Virus record (IMG/VR): IMGVR_UViG_3300045988_046609
Strand: one strand, 5' to 3'
DNA: 64,000 nt
Origin: a virus
A program made the translations under genes and the position numbers. Positions 49,073 through 58,445 of this stretch are shown here, piece by piece (the stretch's first letter is position 1; the number at the start of each line of letters is the position of its first letter). The notes beneath the pieces are model-generated. The model was given only the letters and a program-made list of their open reading frames with translations. It was not told where the DNA came from and ran no database searches.

Positions 49073-49581
49073 TATGCAACTAAGGCTATAGGAGCAGATT
49101 CAATATTTAGTTCTGCACTATTATTGAAATCTTCAAGTTCCTTATTAAGTTTATTAATTTCTAATTGTAATTTATTTTTTAAGTTTGTTATATATGCAGA
49201 AGTTAGTTCTTCTGTAATATTCAATCCTTTCTTACTCTTAGCTCGTTTGATCTTAGGATCGATAGTACGTACTTTAGTAAGATGAAATAGTTGTTCAGAT
49301 TTCTCACTTAGTGAGAAAATAGTAAAATAGTTATTACTAGTAGGAAGCTCTGAAAACTTTTTATATCCCATATTAATACATTGCAGATATAGCTTCATTA
49401 GAATGCGTTCTTCTGCCATTTCTTCAATTTTTGTTAAAAGCACCTTCAAATCAAAATTGCGAGTTGCTTCTTTAGATATAACATTTTCATTTTTAATAAT
49501 ATTCCAGTACTTAGTAATTTCTTTACTTAACTCGTCACGACGAGTTTTTGCATATTTAGATGTAATTGATTTCATATTCAA
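49072..49581 (-). CDS. hypothetical protein
   Basis: 169-aa ORF. Confidence 0.6.
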   Translation of the reverse strand: MNMKSITSKYAKTRRDELSKEITKYWNIIKNENVISKEATRNFDLKVLLTKIEEMAEERILMKLYLQCINMGYKKFSELPTSNNYFTIFSLSEKSEQLFHLTKVRTIDPKIKRAKSKKGLNITEELTSAYITNLKNKLQLEINKLNKELEDFNNSAELNIESAPIALVA

Positions 49582-49630
49582 GTGATTTGTTTTTTAAGTT
49601 AATACTTGACCGAAATCGTTTACTAGTTTG

Positions 49631-49697
49631 TCATGCATAACAGATTCAAACTGCTGTCTCTATTAAATAGCGCTCTAATCAACTAAGCTAATGCATG
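49631..49697 (-). ncRNA. tRNA-like element 4 (67 nt; perfect acceptor, D and T arms; miniature anticodon arm)
   Basis: Minus strand: CATGCAT-TA-GCTT-AGTTGATTA-GAGC-G-CTATTTAATAG-AGAC-AGCAG-TTTGAAT-CTGTT-ATGCATG-A. Only 15 nt lie between position 26 and the T-stem. D-loop A19 and T-loop U56 replace the usual G19-C56 pair. Confidence 0.6.
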
Positions 49698-49700
49698 AGA

Positions 49701-49756
49701 ATTAAAAACTACCCAATTCAGCAGTTTTTATAAAAAAAGTACCCAATTCAGTACTT
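49701..49756 (-). terminator. two tandem intrinsic terminators with near-identical loops
   Basis: Plus strand aaaact-acccaattcagc-agtttt and aagtac-ccaattca-gtactt. Each is followed by a T-run on the minus strand. Confidence 0.65.
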
Positions 49757-49782
49757 AGAAATGTTTAATCATTAGGTCCAAT

Positions 49783-50361
49783 TCAACCTTTTCTGATTTT
49801 AACAATTTTGTTATTTAGCTTTCCGATGATCGGTAATATCCGTCCACCACCGAGATCTACACCTACGCCAATCTCAACATCACCGTCAAGACTGTACTCG
49901 TGTTTATACTGTTCACGTTGTTCTTCTGCATATTTTTTTGCATTTTCCTGATTGATATATTTAGAATGTAGTTCCCCGTCTGAACAATTCCTCATACTAT
50001 CAAACAAAATATCTACTACACAGTCGAAGTCGCGTTCTTTTACAGCTTTATCAAGAATACTTTTAGTAATTCCGTCAAAAGCAACATCATTTCTGGATCC
50101 ATTAGATCCAGTAATTGCGTCTGCTATACGAATTGATGCATCTATAATACTTACCGATTCATAAGAATTACAGCATCTTTGCCACCAAATTGGTCCACGT
50201 CCATAATAAAAATAGACGGTTCCATTCTCTTTAATTTGAACCTTTTTAGGAGTTTCAATTACAGCTCCGTTCCGAATCTGAACTTTGCTGAGAATTGTTG
50301 GCTCTGAGCAAATAAGTATTCGCAGAAGCTCTACTCTTATAGGAGAAATTCTGCTATTCAT
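49783..50361 (-). CDS. hypothetical protein
   Basis: 192-aa ORF, more GC-rich than the replication genes. Confidence 0.6.
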   Translation of the reverse strand: MNSRISPIRVELLRILICSEPTILSKVQIRNGAVIETPKKVQIKENGTVYFYYGRGPIWWQRCCNSYESVSIIDASIRIADAITGSNGSRNDVAFDGITKSILDKAVKERDFDCVVDILFDSMRNCSDGELHSKYINQENAKKYAEEQREQYKHEYSLDGDVEIGVGVDLGGGRILPIIGKLNNKIVKIRKG

Positions 50362-50368
50362 AACTTAC

Positions 50369-51016
50369 TTATCCCTGGGCTTGTTCGATAGTTACGTTTA
50401 CTTCTACCTGATCTTCGTTAGTGATCCCACACTGCCGTAAGTACTCTACTTGAGCACGATCCTGTTGGTCCATAATGTTCCGGACAGTTTCTGCAAGTTG
50501 CATGTTTTTACGGGCTTGTTCCTCATAGAAATTCAGAATAGATGAGTTATGCATCTTTAAGCATGTATTCAACTGCGGAAGTTCAGAAGGACCAAAGAAA
50601 ATAGGTCTTGTAGGATTTGTTGGATCGTTCGGCTTGGTTAATGTTGCAATACAGGCCATTACACTTTCCCGGGTTGCTTTCTGGAAATTCGGTTCAGCAA
50701 GATCAAATACCAGTGATGGATCCTGAGACTTCGGATTCAGAATTACCTTTGGATGACCGTCAAAGTCCTTTTCACAAAGTTCAATACCTGTAATATCAAT
50801 AGGCTTGACTATGAAAATCCGGACATCCTTCCGTAATGTGTTCTTGTCATTCTGAACATCTTCTTTCCATTTCAGATCTGGGTTGTGTGATACAATTGTA
50901 TAGATCTGGCTACTAAAGTATTCTCCATACTTTTTACAAACTTGCCGATATCGAGCCATAATAGAAGCTAACTCCGTGTTAGGAGTAACCATTTGTATTT
51001 TACTATTTTGTTCCAT
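50369..51016 (-). CDS. hypothetical protein
   Basis: 215-aa ORF. Confidence 0.6.
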   Translation of the reverse strand: MEQNSKIQMVTPNTELASIMARYRQVCKKYGEYFSSQIYTIVSHNPDLKWKEDVQNDKNTLRKDVRIFIVKPIDITGIELCEKDFDGHPKVILNPKSQDPSLVFDLAEPNFQKATRESVMACIATLTKPNDPTNPTRPIFFGPSELPQLNTCLKMHNSSILNFYEEQARKNMQLAETVRNIMDQQDRAQVEYLRQCGITNEDQVEVNVTIEQAQG

Positions 51017-51207
51017 AAAAAATGTTCCCTTCTTGATTCCGTACTTGATATACCAATACGGATCATTTTTAGTTTTTAAGTTAATAATAAGTTAATGCTC
51101 TCCACTGTTCGATTATTTTATAGTATTACAATAATGGTAATAGTGAATTCAATCACATAATCTACTAAGTATATTTGATAATAAATGTTAATTTATTCGA
51201 AAATATC

Positions 51208-51240
51208 TTTTGATAAATTCTCTGATAAATTTTCTGATAA
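51208..51240. repeat. three tgataaa(t) units at a 12-bp period in an AT-rich tract
   Basis: tgataaa at 51211, 51223 and 51235, resembling the tctgataagtt repeat at 43988-44016. Confidence 0.6.
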
Positions 51241-51244
51241 TATG

Positions 51245-53140
51245 CTTTAACGTCCCGTTTCGACGGTTAAGATTCAATTTTTTCGATGCTTAACGCACCC
51301 CTCACCGTTATTTTATATCGCTATTAGTTGCAATATAAAAGACACAGATCATCGACTAAGTAAGTCTACCTGGTATTTCCGTATTATCGAAATTCATAGA
51401 ATTACGGTCGTTTATCTAACGTTACCAACTCATGAGCTCATTGCTTAAAGCATGACCCACTCATACCATGCATAGGATTTGTTGTTTATAACTGCGCGAA
51501 CACGAGGATTTCCACCTCTCATCGTCTCCTTGTTGCTTGATTGTTATTACGATCAAGTTAAATACTTCGTCCTTTAATCTACCGAGACAGGGTGATAGAC
51601 GACAGGTTATTAACGAATCAGCGTTCTCTTTACGTATATATTTGCGATATATACTTTATGAGTTTCTAATGTCAGCGATAACGGTTGGCAGTCTGGGGGT
51701 GACTTATACTCCATACGGTCTGTCTTACAAATGACAATTTGCTACTTCTGTACTATCATTGGACTTCCCCAATTTCTATGTGACTCATAGCCTTCCTACA
51801 CTATGCAGTCTGATTAATAATATTAATTTATTCCCTTAGAACAGATTTAACTAGGCCGGTTCTATTCGGCATTAACTTTCAGATGCAGTAAAGTAACATC
51901 ATCTGTTCACAATCTTACCTCTCTGGTTCCAGGGTTCTAAGCTGGAGCAGCTTGGCTCTTACTTATTAATTTATTGTTTTTGACTACTACTAATATCTCC
52001 TACTCTGGAATGAGTGTGATAATCTAGTAATACACCTTTTACATATCTTGAAAGGTATAAGCTCTGCTGTTTTTAGAAGGAGTTCCAAAGCTTCTCCTTA
52101 GTATTATTTTATGTCATAATCGTACTTGCTAAAGGTACGTGACAACTAGAATCAGGGTTATTGCGCCCTCAAACCGCTTAGACATCTTTGTCTATTCATT
52201 CCTCATTCAATTATACTCACACGAACGAATAAGCACGTGAGTCACTTTAGACTTGAAAGACGGTATCAATCTCATATACCTCATCCCTTATACGTAAATT
52301 CTTTTGCGGCACGCTAGTTACGGTAGCGCACAGGATTGGCTCCTGCTCCCTGGTAATCAGTCGGATCATGGATCTGCACGTAGCTTCACTCCCCGGATCA
52401 TTGCATGTCCAGCCTTCATATCTTTACTTTGTATAAGTATGTACCATAACACGGTTATCCTTACATTAGTATCAGTAATTACTCCCTTTATATTATGAAC
52501 CAGTTATCATAAAAACACTAGAGTTAGCCTATTTTTCCAATCAGGACGTATAATTACGCTTTTGTATAAAGCGAGGTTGGAGCCCGCTTGTTGCGTTAGT
52601 CAGCCATAATATTATTCAATAATCCTTTTCCAAGGGATTATTCAAGAGCCCTTTGCTCTTGTTTCAGCATCGTGTTCATATTCCTTCTTGAGTCACATCT
52701 TGATTGACGCATACGAATATAGAGATTTCGTTCTCTTTTTGAGGATTAAGGACTTTATCTTTTACAGTTTTATTTGTTTATTGCTGCGATTCAGTCTCCT
52801 CTTGTTTGAATTAATTTGTAACTAGGGTATCTTCTTGTTGCTCCTATATTACGGGTTCTTCACTCTTAATATCACCAGACGGTTCTCATATTAACAGCGC
52901 AGGCTATTCACCCTCTCCTGCTTTCTTATACCTTTTTCACCAGCATAAGTTATTATCCTACCTTTTGAGTATCTTACGGTGTTAGCCGCTACGAAGCATC
53001 TCATAACTACTTCTTACATATTCTCGGATTCTGTCTTTTTCGGGCTATGTATAAATGAATACAAACTCCCTGACGCAGTAGTACTTAAAAACTTCCTTCT
53101 GTGACTGCCGGAGTGATTTACGCTATAGTTTTACTCCTCT
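51245..53140. ncRNA. ~1.9 kb ORF-free, hairpin-rich block: candidate large structured RNA or intron-like element (strand unknown)
   Basis: No ORF over 65 aa in any frame across 2.1 kb between two minus-strand genes. Perfect or near-perfect stems at 51247-51270, 51634-51654, 51939-51953, 52618-52642 and 52644-52660. GC is locally high (35/60 in line 52321-52380). Confidence 0.35.
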
Positions 53141-53144
53141 CGAA

Positions 53145-53609
53145 CTATGATATAATTATAGTATTTATATAGCGGTTATTATCATTAACTTTTTCCGCTG
53201 AGGGTTTATCTTCCCCTACACTAAGTTGCTCCGGTTTTATACAGAAAATTTCTCCTGAAGATAAGTTAATATTTGCAACTATTTTCTTACCTCTGCATAT
53301 ATCTACTATGCCGTTTTTTATATCATTACTACTGATATAATCAACTGGATCCATTTGTCCTGGGTCAAAACCGTCCAAGCGAACACAAATCTCACTTACA
53401 GACGAACGTAAGTACTGCTCTACGAATAAGATATTCTCGCAACTAGCTTTAGCTTGTACCTGAATTAAGTTAGTACTTTGTCCTTGCACAATAAAGTAGT
53501 TTGATTGGTCTATTACGAAATCTAAATTTCGTCTAGCTTCTTTAATGTTACGTATGATACGCGATAGACGTGCCATACTATTTAACATAATGTAATTTTT
53601 CTTATTCAT
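53145..53609 (-). CDS. hypothetical protein (TAG stop)
   Basis: ORF trimmed to ATG 53609. Stop is TAG 53145-53147, with TAA 9 codons downstream. Confidence 0.6.
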   Translation of the reverse strand: MNKKNYIMLNSMARLSRIIRNIKEARRNLDFVIDQSNYFIVQGQSTNLIQVQAKASCENILFVEQYLRSSVSEICVRLDGFDPGQMDPVDYISSNDIKNGIVDICRGKKIVANINLSSGEIFCIKPEQLSVGEDKPSAEKVNDNNRYINTIIIS

Positions 53610-53611
53610 CA

Positions 53612-54001
53612 CTATTGTTTTTTGGTAAAAGGAGAAAGTGGTTTTACATCCTCTGGTAGGTTAGCTATACTACTTACCTTTGGAAATCCTGTATTTACTT
53701 CTTTTACTTTGGTCCTGTATTTAACTATAGGTTTTACTTCTCCTGTAGTTGTTACATTTACAATTGCGTCCGTTGTTCCATTTACGGATACTTCGTGGGT
53801 ATTAATATCTACTGATACATTAATCGTATCTATACCCGCGGACTTTTTCTCTTCTGTTTTAGAATGTGTCATAGACATTAATTCTAAATATGAAGGAATA
53901 ACAGGCTGAGCCTGTACTACTTCAGTAGTATTTACTAAATTCCAGCCAATATAAATACTCGCAAAGAATATTAGTACTACTGATACGATTCTACTATTCA
54001 T
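53612..54001 (-). CDS. membrane-anchored hypothetical protein (TAG-TGA tandem stop)
   Basis: N-terminal TM segment. TAG at 53612-53614 is followed immediately by in-frame TGA. Confidence 0.6.
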   Translation of the reverse strand: MNSRIVSVVLIFFASIYIGWNLVNTTEVVQAQPVIPSYLELMSMTHSKTEEKKSAGIDTINVSVDINTHEVSVNGTTDAIVNVTTTGEVKPIVKYRTKVKEVNTGFPKVSSIANLPEDVKPLSPFTKKQ

Positions 54002-54055
54002 TTTGATGATGATTTAGTGAATAACTTTCTAAAGGTAATAATTTGTTTCCAAATT

Positions 54056-55594
54056 TTAAGGATCTGGCTTAGCTTTTTTTTCAACCTTATCCTCTTTTGA
54101 AGGAAACTCTCCTGTAGTAGGAGTAATTATGCCTTCTTCGTATTCTGCAAGACGATCCATAGGATCACGATACAGATTGATAATCTGGCCTATCTTCATA
54201 CGAACTTCATCTTTAGATGGATGCTGTCCTTCTGGAAAATAGTTCTGACTTACTAGATCAAACTGCTTTTTTGCAAGTTTGAGTGCTTCTTGTTGTTCAC
54301 TGTAGTCTTTATCTCCCGGTTTAGATGTTACACCGGCAGAAATAGTATTGAATAAATCATCAATATACTTTCTACCAACATTTCCAATTACTGCTTGAAG
54401 TGCTTTATCGTCAGTTGCCTTCAGATTTTCATCACTCTTAAGTTTGTAACGGAAGTTTTCTTGCAACAGTACTTTTAAAGTACTTGCAATCTGTTCTTCA
54501 CTCCAGCCACATGGTGCCATATGCTTATGTAGTAAGGAATGAGCGGAGACCGGAGAACCCTGTGCAGCAGTATATAAATATACTGTACGTCCAAGACCAT
54601 TCATTAGTGGAACACTGTTGATAATATGGAAGATCTCTTCAATCCACTCTGCTACAGTGCGATTGTCAAGTTCAATCTTCTTTTCTGCATTATCTTCTTT
54701 GTTGATACAGTATACACGATACCATTCAACTGTGTTAACAATATTAGTTGCAATATTGCGATCTTTACGCATAAGATGATCTAGGACAGCAGCTAATTCT
54801 TCAAGAGAATTGATGTCCTTAGGATCAAGCGAAATAGGTTTTGTAGGAGCCTCAGCTTTGTTTTCCTTCAACTCATCAGGAATTTTAGTATCTGGAGAAT
54901 TGAAATCAATTGCTAATTGACCTTCATTCTCTTTTCCCGGAAGTGCTTTAGGTTCAGCTAAAGTAATGCCAAGAGAATCTGCAATATCCTGCAATCGGAA
55001 GATCTGTTCAGCAGGTAGTTTACACACAAACTCACCGGCAGCAGATCGTTCTGCAAATTCATTCTTGATATCAATCATTCCAAGCAACCATACTGCGTCG
55101 ATAGATCGAGCTGTATTTGCATATGATTCTGGACTTTGGTTCTTATACTCTTCATTATTAATGAATCGTTGATAACCAACATACGCAAGCATTGCTTTCG
55201 CATCAGCAGAAGAGCGATTAGATCCAATAGGGATTCCATTTCCTATTGCAGGGATTTTACCAACTTTTTCTTCCACTTCTGGAATTATTGTAGGAATCTT
55301 TGGACTCTTCTTTCCTTTATCAGCCGTTTGTTGGGTAGGCTTCTTTTCTTCCTTTTTCTCCTCCTTCTTAGTTTCTTTCTTAGAAACTTCCTGACTCTTT
55401 TCTTGTTTAGAGTTTGCTGCAGGTTTTGGAGCAGATTTCTTCTCCTGGGTTGCTGAAGTATTATCAGCTACTTGCTGAGTATCCTCAGCTTTACTGTTCT
55501 CTGATTTAGCATCAGCTGATTTTTTGTCAGCTAGACTTACTTTTGTTGCAACTTTTGCTGCATTTCCTCCTTTATTATTCTTTGGTTTTGACAT
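54056..55594 (-). CDS. hypothetical protein with Lys/Glu-rich N-terminal region
   Basis: 512-aa ORF, relatively GC-rich. Confidence 0.65.
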   Translation of the reverse strand: MSKPKNNKGGNAAKVATKVSLADKKSADAKSENSKAEDTQQVADNTSATQEKKSAPKPAANSKQEKSQEVSKKETKKEEKKEEKKPTQQTADKGKKSPKIPTIIPEVEEKVGKIPAIGNGIPIGSNRSSADAKAMLAYVGYQRFINNEEYKNQSPESYANTARSIDAVWLLGMIDIKNEFAERSAAGEFVCKLPAEQIFRLQDIADSLGITLAEPKALPGKENEGQLAIDFNSPDTKIPDELKENKAEAPTKPISLDPKDINSLEELAAVLDHLMRKDRNIATNIVNTVEWYRVYCINKEDNAEKKIELDNRTVAEWIEEIFHIINSVPLMNGLGRTVYLYTAAQGSPVSAHSLLHKHMAPCGWSEEQIASTLKVLLQENFRYKLKSDENLKATDDKALQAVIGNVGRKYIDDLFNTISAGVTSKPGDKDYSEQQEALKLAKKQFDLVSQNYFPEGQHPSKDEVRMKIGQIINLYRDPMDRLAEYEEGIITPTTGEFPSKEDKVEKKAKPDP

Positions 55595-55653
55595 TTTGAT
55601 AATGCTTTAAATTGTTAGTAAATAAGTTAATTTTAATAGTGTTTTTAGAGAGG

Positions 55654-56028
55654 TCAACTATCATCCTCTATGTCAGGTGAATCTCGTCCCTTAGTGATAT
55701 GATTGCTAACTAATATGTCTGACATAAACGGTTCAGTAAATAATGCAATGTAACTCACAGCTCCTGGACGGCTAGTAGAACCTTCTGTCACTGTTACTAC
55801 GCACTGTGTGCATGCATCATTTCCGTTGTCAACAATATCAATTAGCTGAGTAATAGAAGCTGTTATTCCTGTCTTTTTAGACTGTTTTACAGCTTCTTTA
55901 CTCAACATACCTACTAATAGACCAGCCATAATGGCAGACATAAATATCCACCACATTTTTGTACTACGAAAAATTCGAGTACAAACAAATGCTACTATAA
56001 GTAACACAATAATCCATGCTGCTGTCAT
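55654..56028 (-). CDS. two-TM membrane protein immediately downstream of the sigma factor gene
   Basis: 124 aa. N-terminal half has two hydrophobic helices. 11-nt gap to the sigma gene. Confidence 0.55.
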   Translation of the reverse strand: MTAAWIIVLLIVAFVCTRIFRSTKMWWIFMSAIMAGLLVGMLSKEAVKQSKKTGITASITQLIDIVDNGNDACTQCVVTVTEGSTSRPGAVSYIALFTEPFMSDILVSNHITKGRDSPDIEDDS

Positions 56029-56039
56029 AATTAGTAAAT

Positions 56040-56606
56040 TTAGTTGTTGTTTAACAATTGTTTTAATTTATCTCTAGCTTTATTAAGCTGAGATTTTACT
56101 TGAGACTCAGAAAGTCCCAATTGTTCAGAGATTTCTTTGTAAGACAAACCTTGAACAGTTCGTAGTTCAATTATATTTCTGTACTTAAAACGAAGTCGCG
56201 ACAAGGCACTATCTAGAGCATCACTTGTCTCTGCAAAGACATAATCGTCTTCTGGAGAGTAACTGGCCTGGTTACTCAATTGCAAAGAGTTGGCATCGTC
56301 GTCAATCCAATAGTTCGCTTTTTCTTTTTTCATACGTCTGATATAATCAATACTACTATTTATAGCTATAGTTTTTAACCACATTTCAAATGAAATATTG
56401 TTAACATAACTATCTAGCTTACTAAAGGCTTTAATAAATGTAACAGATAATAAATCATCTGCTACATCTCTATTCTTTACTATATTGTATATAGTAAGAT
56501 ATATAGTTCTTTCAAATCTATTATAAAGCCTTGTGAAGGCAGATTGTTTGCCTTCTCTCGCCTGTTTGATCAGTTCAAAAATCTGTTGTTTTTCTAAATC
56601 TGTCAT
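56040..56606 (-). CDS. ECF-type sigma-70 family RNA polymerase sigma factor
   Basis: Region 2-like DDLLSVTFIKAF...WLKTIAINSSIDYIRR and region 4 HTH RNIIELRTVQGLSYKEISEQLGLSESQVKSQLNKARDKL. Confidence 0.75.
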   Translation of the reverse strand: MTDLEKQQIFELIKQAREGKQSAFTRLYNRFERTIYLTIYNIVKNRDVADDLLSVTFIKAFSKLDSYVNNISFEMWLKTIAINSSIDYIRRMKKEKANYWIDDDANSLQLSNQASYSPEDDYVFAETSDALDSALSRLRFKYRNIIELRTVQGLSYKEISEQLGLSESQVKSQLNKARDKLKQLLNNN

Positions 56607-56663
56607 AATTACGGGCTCTAGTAGATATAAGTTTGATAAAAACTTGTATCTATTTCTTAGTGA

Positions 56664-56689
56664 ATATAGGGCTAATCAAAGCCCTATAT
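56664..56689. terminator. hairpin between the 56691 gene and the sigma gene
   Basis: atatagggc / gccctatat form a perfect 9-bp stem. Confidence 0.45.
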
Positions 56690-56690
56690 C

Positions 56691-57074
56691 CTAGAATGGT
56701 ACACCTACAATCCAGCGGCAGTACCAATTTATATAGCTCTGATAGAATTGCTTATAAGAATCCCATATACACTCCATGAATTCTCTTTTTAAATCAGGAG
56801 ATAGAGTATCAGGTGATATCTTATTAATCATTCCACAAACTATTCTTATTCTCACGTCTAAAGTAGATTTTTTTTCACAGTTTATTTTACATAATACATT
56901 AGTATCAAACCAATATATTATATGATTAATTGGTTTAGTATCTCTGAAAGTTTTGTTCTTAACTTCTTTATCTCCAAGGTTAAGAAAAATTCTCCAGCTT
57001 TCTCTCCAATTAAACTTTTTGTACTGTATTCCCCAAGGAGTATATGCTCGATTAGTTAAACTATATGCGACCAT
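56691..57074 (-). CDS. hypothetical protein (TAG stop)
   Basis: 127-aa ORF. TAG stop with TGA 5 codons later. Confidence 0.55.
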   Translation of the reverse strand: MVAYSLTNRAYTPWGIQYKKFNWRESWRIFLNLGDKEVKNKTFRDTKPINHIIYWFDTNVLCKINCEKKSTLDVRIRIVCGMINKISPDTLSPDLKREFMECIWDSYKQFYQSYINWYCRWIVGVPF

Positions 57075-57519
57075 GTTTCCTTAGTTTATTGATAATCTGT
57101 AACACAATAACGTGAGCTTGTGGTATAGACCATTCTGTTTTACTTACGATATACATTTTAGTTGCCCATATTCCTTTACCAGGAGTACGAGCATCTTCAA
57201 TGTATCTTTGTGTGAAATCCTCAAATTGTTCATCGGTTATATCTGGTATTTTAACTCCACGAGTTGATTTACGACGAGAGGGTAGATCACAAACCTCTGA
57301 GTATTCATATTCAAAGAATATGAATTTATCAGGTTCTGTTAATACTGCTTGAATCTCATAAGATTCTTCAGTAACCACATGAAATAATCCTTTTTGAATA
57401 AGGTCATTCATTACTAACGCATTTGGTATACGTAGCATTGGAGCTTCACCAATAACATTTGCGAGAAGTTCAAAATCTTCTCCTATGATACGGTAAATTC
57501 CAGGATGATTTAGTTTCAT
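57061..57519 (-). CDS. hypothetical protein (TAG stop)
   Basis: 152-aa ORF. TAG stop with TAA 3 codons later. Confidence 0.55.
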   Translation of the reverse strand: MKLNHPGIYRIIGEDFELLANVIGEAPMLRIPNALVMNDLIQKGLFHVVTEESYEIQAVLTEPDKFIFFEYEYSEVCDLPSRRKSTRGVKIPDITDEQFEDFTQRYIEDARTPGKGIWATKMYIVSKTEWSIPQAHVIVLQIINKLRKHGRI

Positions 57520-57701
57520 AGTTTATTCAATTCTTTTCTAAAGTTATCTACTACACCTGCTACTTCATATTGTTTAAGTTCAGGATATAATTTCATAATC
57601 TTGGCAATTGCCTCGATGTCTGAGCGGCAAGAGTTTAATAATTTGATAAACTCTGTTTTTTCATGTTTGGATTCAAACCAAGCAAAATATCTTATCTGCA
57701 T
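57516..57701 (-). CDS. hypothetical protein
   Basis: 61-aa ORF with overlapping start/stop junctions. Confidence 0.45.
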   Translation of the reverse strand: MQIRYFAWFESKHEKTEFIKLLNSCRSDIEAIAKIMKLYPELKQYEVAGVVDNFRKELNKL

Positions 57702-57970
57702 GCTTCTATGTATTCTTTGATTTTATCATCTAATACCTTCCATTTATTTAAATCAATATCTGTTGCATCTACTAAATAGTATATTGCACAAGTTGATCTA
57801 AATACACCACGAATGTAGTTTATTCCCTCTTTATAATGATATTTATTCTTATAAATTCTGGGAACATTTGCATGTAGACGAGTTATTAACTCTGTCTTCA
57901 TCTTCAGTTCAGTTGCAGCTTTCTCCCAAGATTCTGGTAGATTAGCTCTAATAAAGTTCATTAATCCCAT
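57692..57970 (-). CDS. hypothetical protein
   Basis: 92-aa ORF. Confidence 0.5.
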   Translation of the reverse strand: MGLMNFIRANLPESWEKAATELKMKTELITRLHANVPRIYKNKYHYKEGINYIRGVFRSTCAIYYLVDATDIDLNKWKVLDDKIKEYIEACR

Positions 57971-58006
57971 TTCAAATTAATTTATTGATTAAACTTAATT
58001 TATTTG

Positions 58007-58065
58007 TAGCATTAGAGGGATTTGAACCCTCTACAGCTCTTACGTCTGATCTAGCCTGATATGCT
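58007..58065 (-). ncRNA. tRNA 3'-half-like element 3 (perfect T-arm plus acceptor strand, no D or anticodon arm)
   Basis: Minus strand: AGCAT-AT..29 nt..GAGGG-TTCAAAT-CCCTC-TAATGCT-A. Only 5 bp of acceptor pairing is possible with contiguous sequence. Confidence 0.35.
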
Positions 58066-58445
58066 TAACCTCACTAATTTTTAAAGTAGACTTAACTACC
58101 GGCTAGTTACAACCGGGCTTTTTACGACATTAGCTTAGCCGTTCAGATTACTTCACGCTACTAAGCGTGTATAATCCATTACATAACTTGTATTGCCAGT
58201 TATCTGCTTATTGACCTATTCTACTTCACATTGTTGCAATCAAAACCACAATACCCCGAATCTACCGTTCTAAGATTTAAGAACTTGGCACACGGTAGAA
58301 CACGATCAAATACCCTAGTTCTTTTCCTTAGTATTGCTTTGAAGCTCTAGGTGAGCGTGGAGTATGAGGGAGTCGTCTTATTTATACATTTTTATTAACC
58401 TTTCTCCACATAAATCGTTTAACTGTTTAAACTAAAATTAATACT

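Noticed and set aside
49631-49697. Reading tRNA-like element 4 as an ochre (UUA) suppressor tRNA.
   Set aside because: The loop ATTTAAT would sit on a 2-bp stem only, and the molecule is 6-7 nt too short. TAA is clearly used as a genuine stop by the late genes (for example 1105, 1661, 7480, 32992). A UAA-reading suppressor therefore contradicts the observed code.
51245-53140. Group II intron or rRNA fragment as the identity of the ORF-free block.
   Set aside because: I saw no GUGYG 5' end paired with a domain V-like 34-nt hairpin carrying a GNRA loop, no IEP ORF, and no resemblance to conserved 16S or 23S segments I can recall. This cannot be excluded without covariance-model searches.
58007-58045. 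Phage attP overlapping a tRNA 3' end (a temperate lifestyle).
   Set aside because: No integrase, excisionase or repressor-like gene occurs in the window, and three other tRNA-like elements with the same placement argue for an RNA function.
58007-58400. tmRNA (a T-arm plus acceptor 3' end with a distant 5' strand near 58335).
   Set aside because: The candidate 5' strand pairs only 6 of 7 and gives C3-G70 instead of the G3-U70 alanine identity pair. No tag-peptide ORF or pseudoknot pattern is recognisable.
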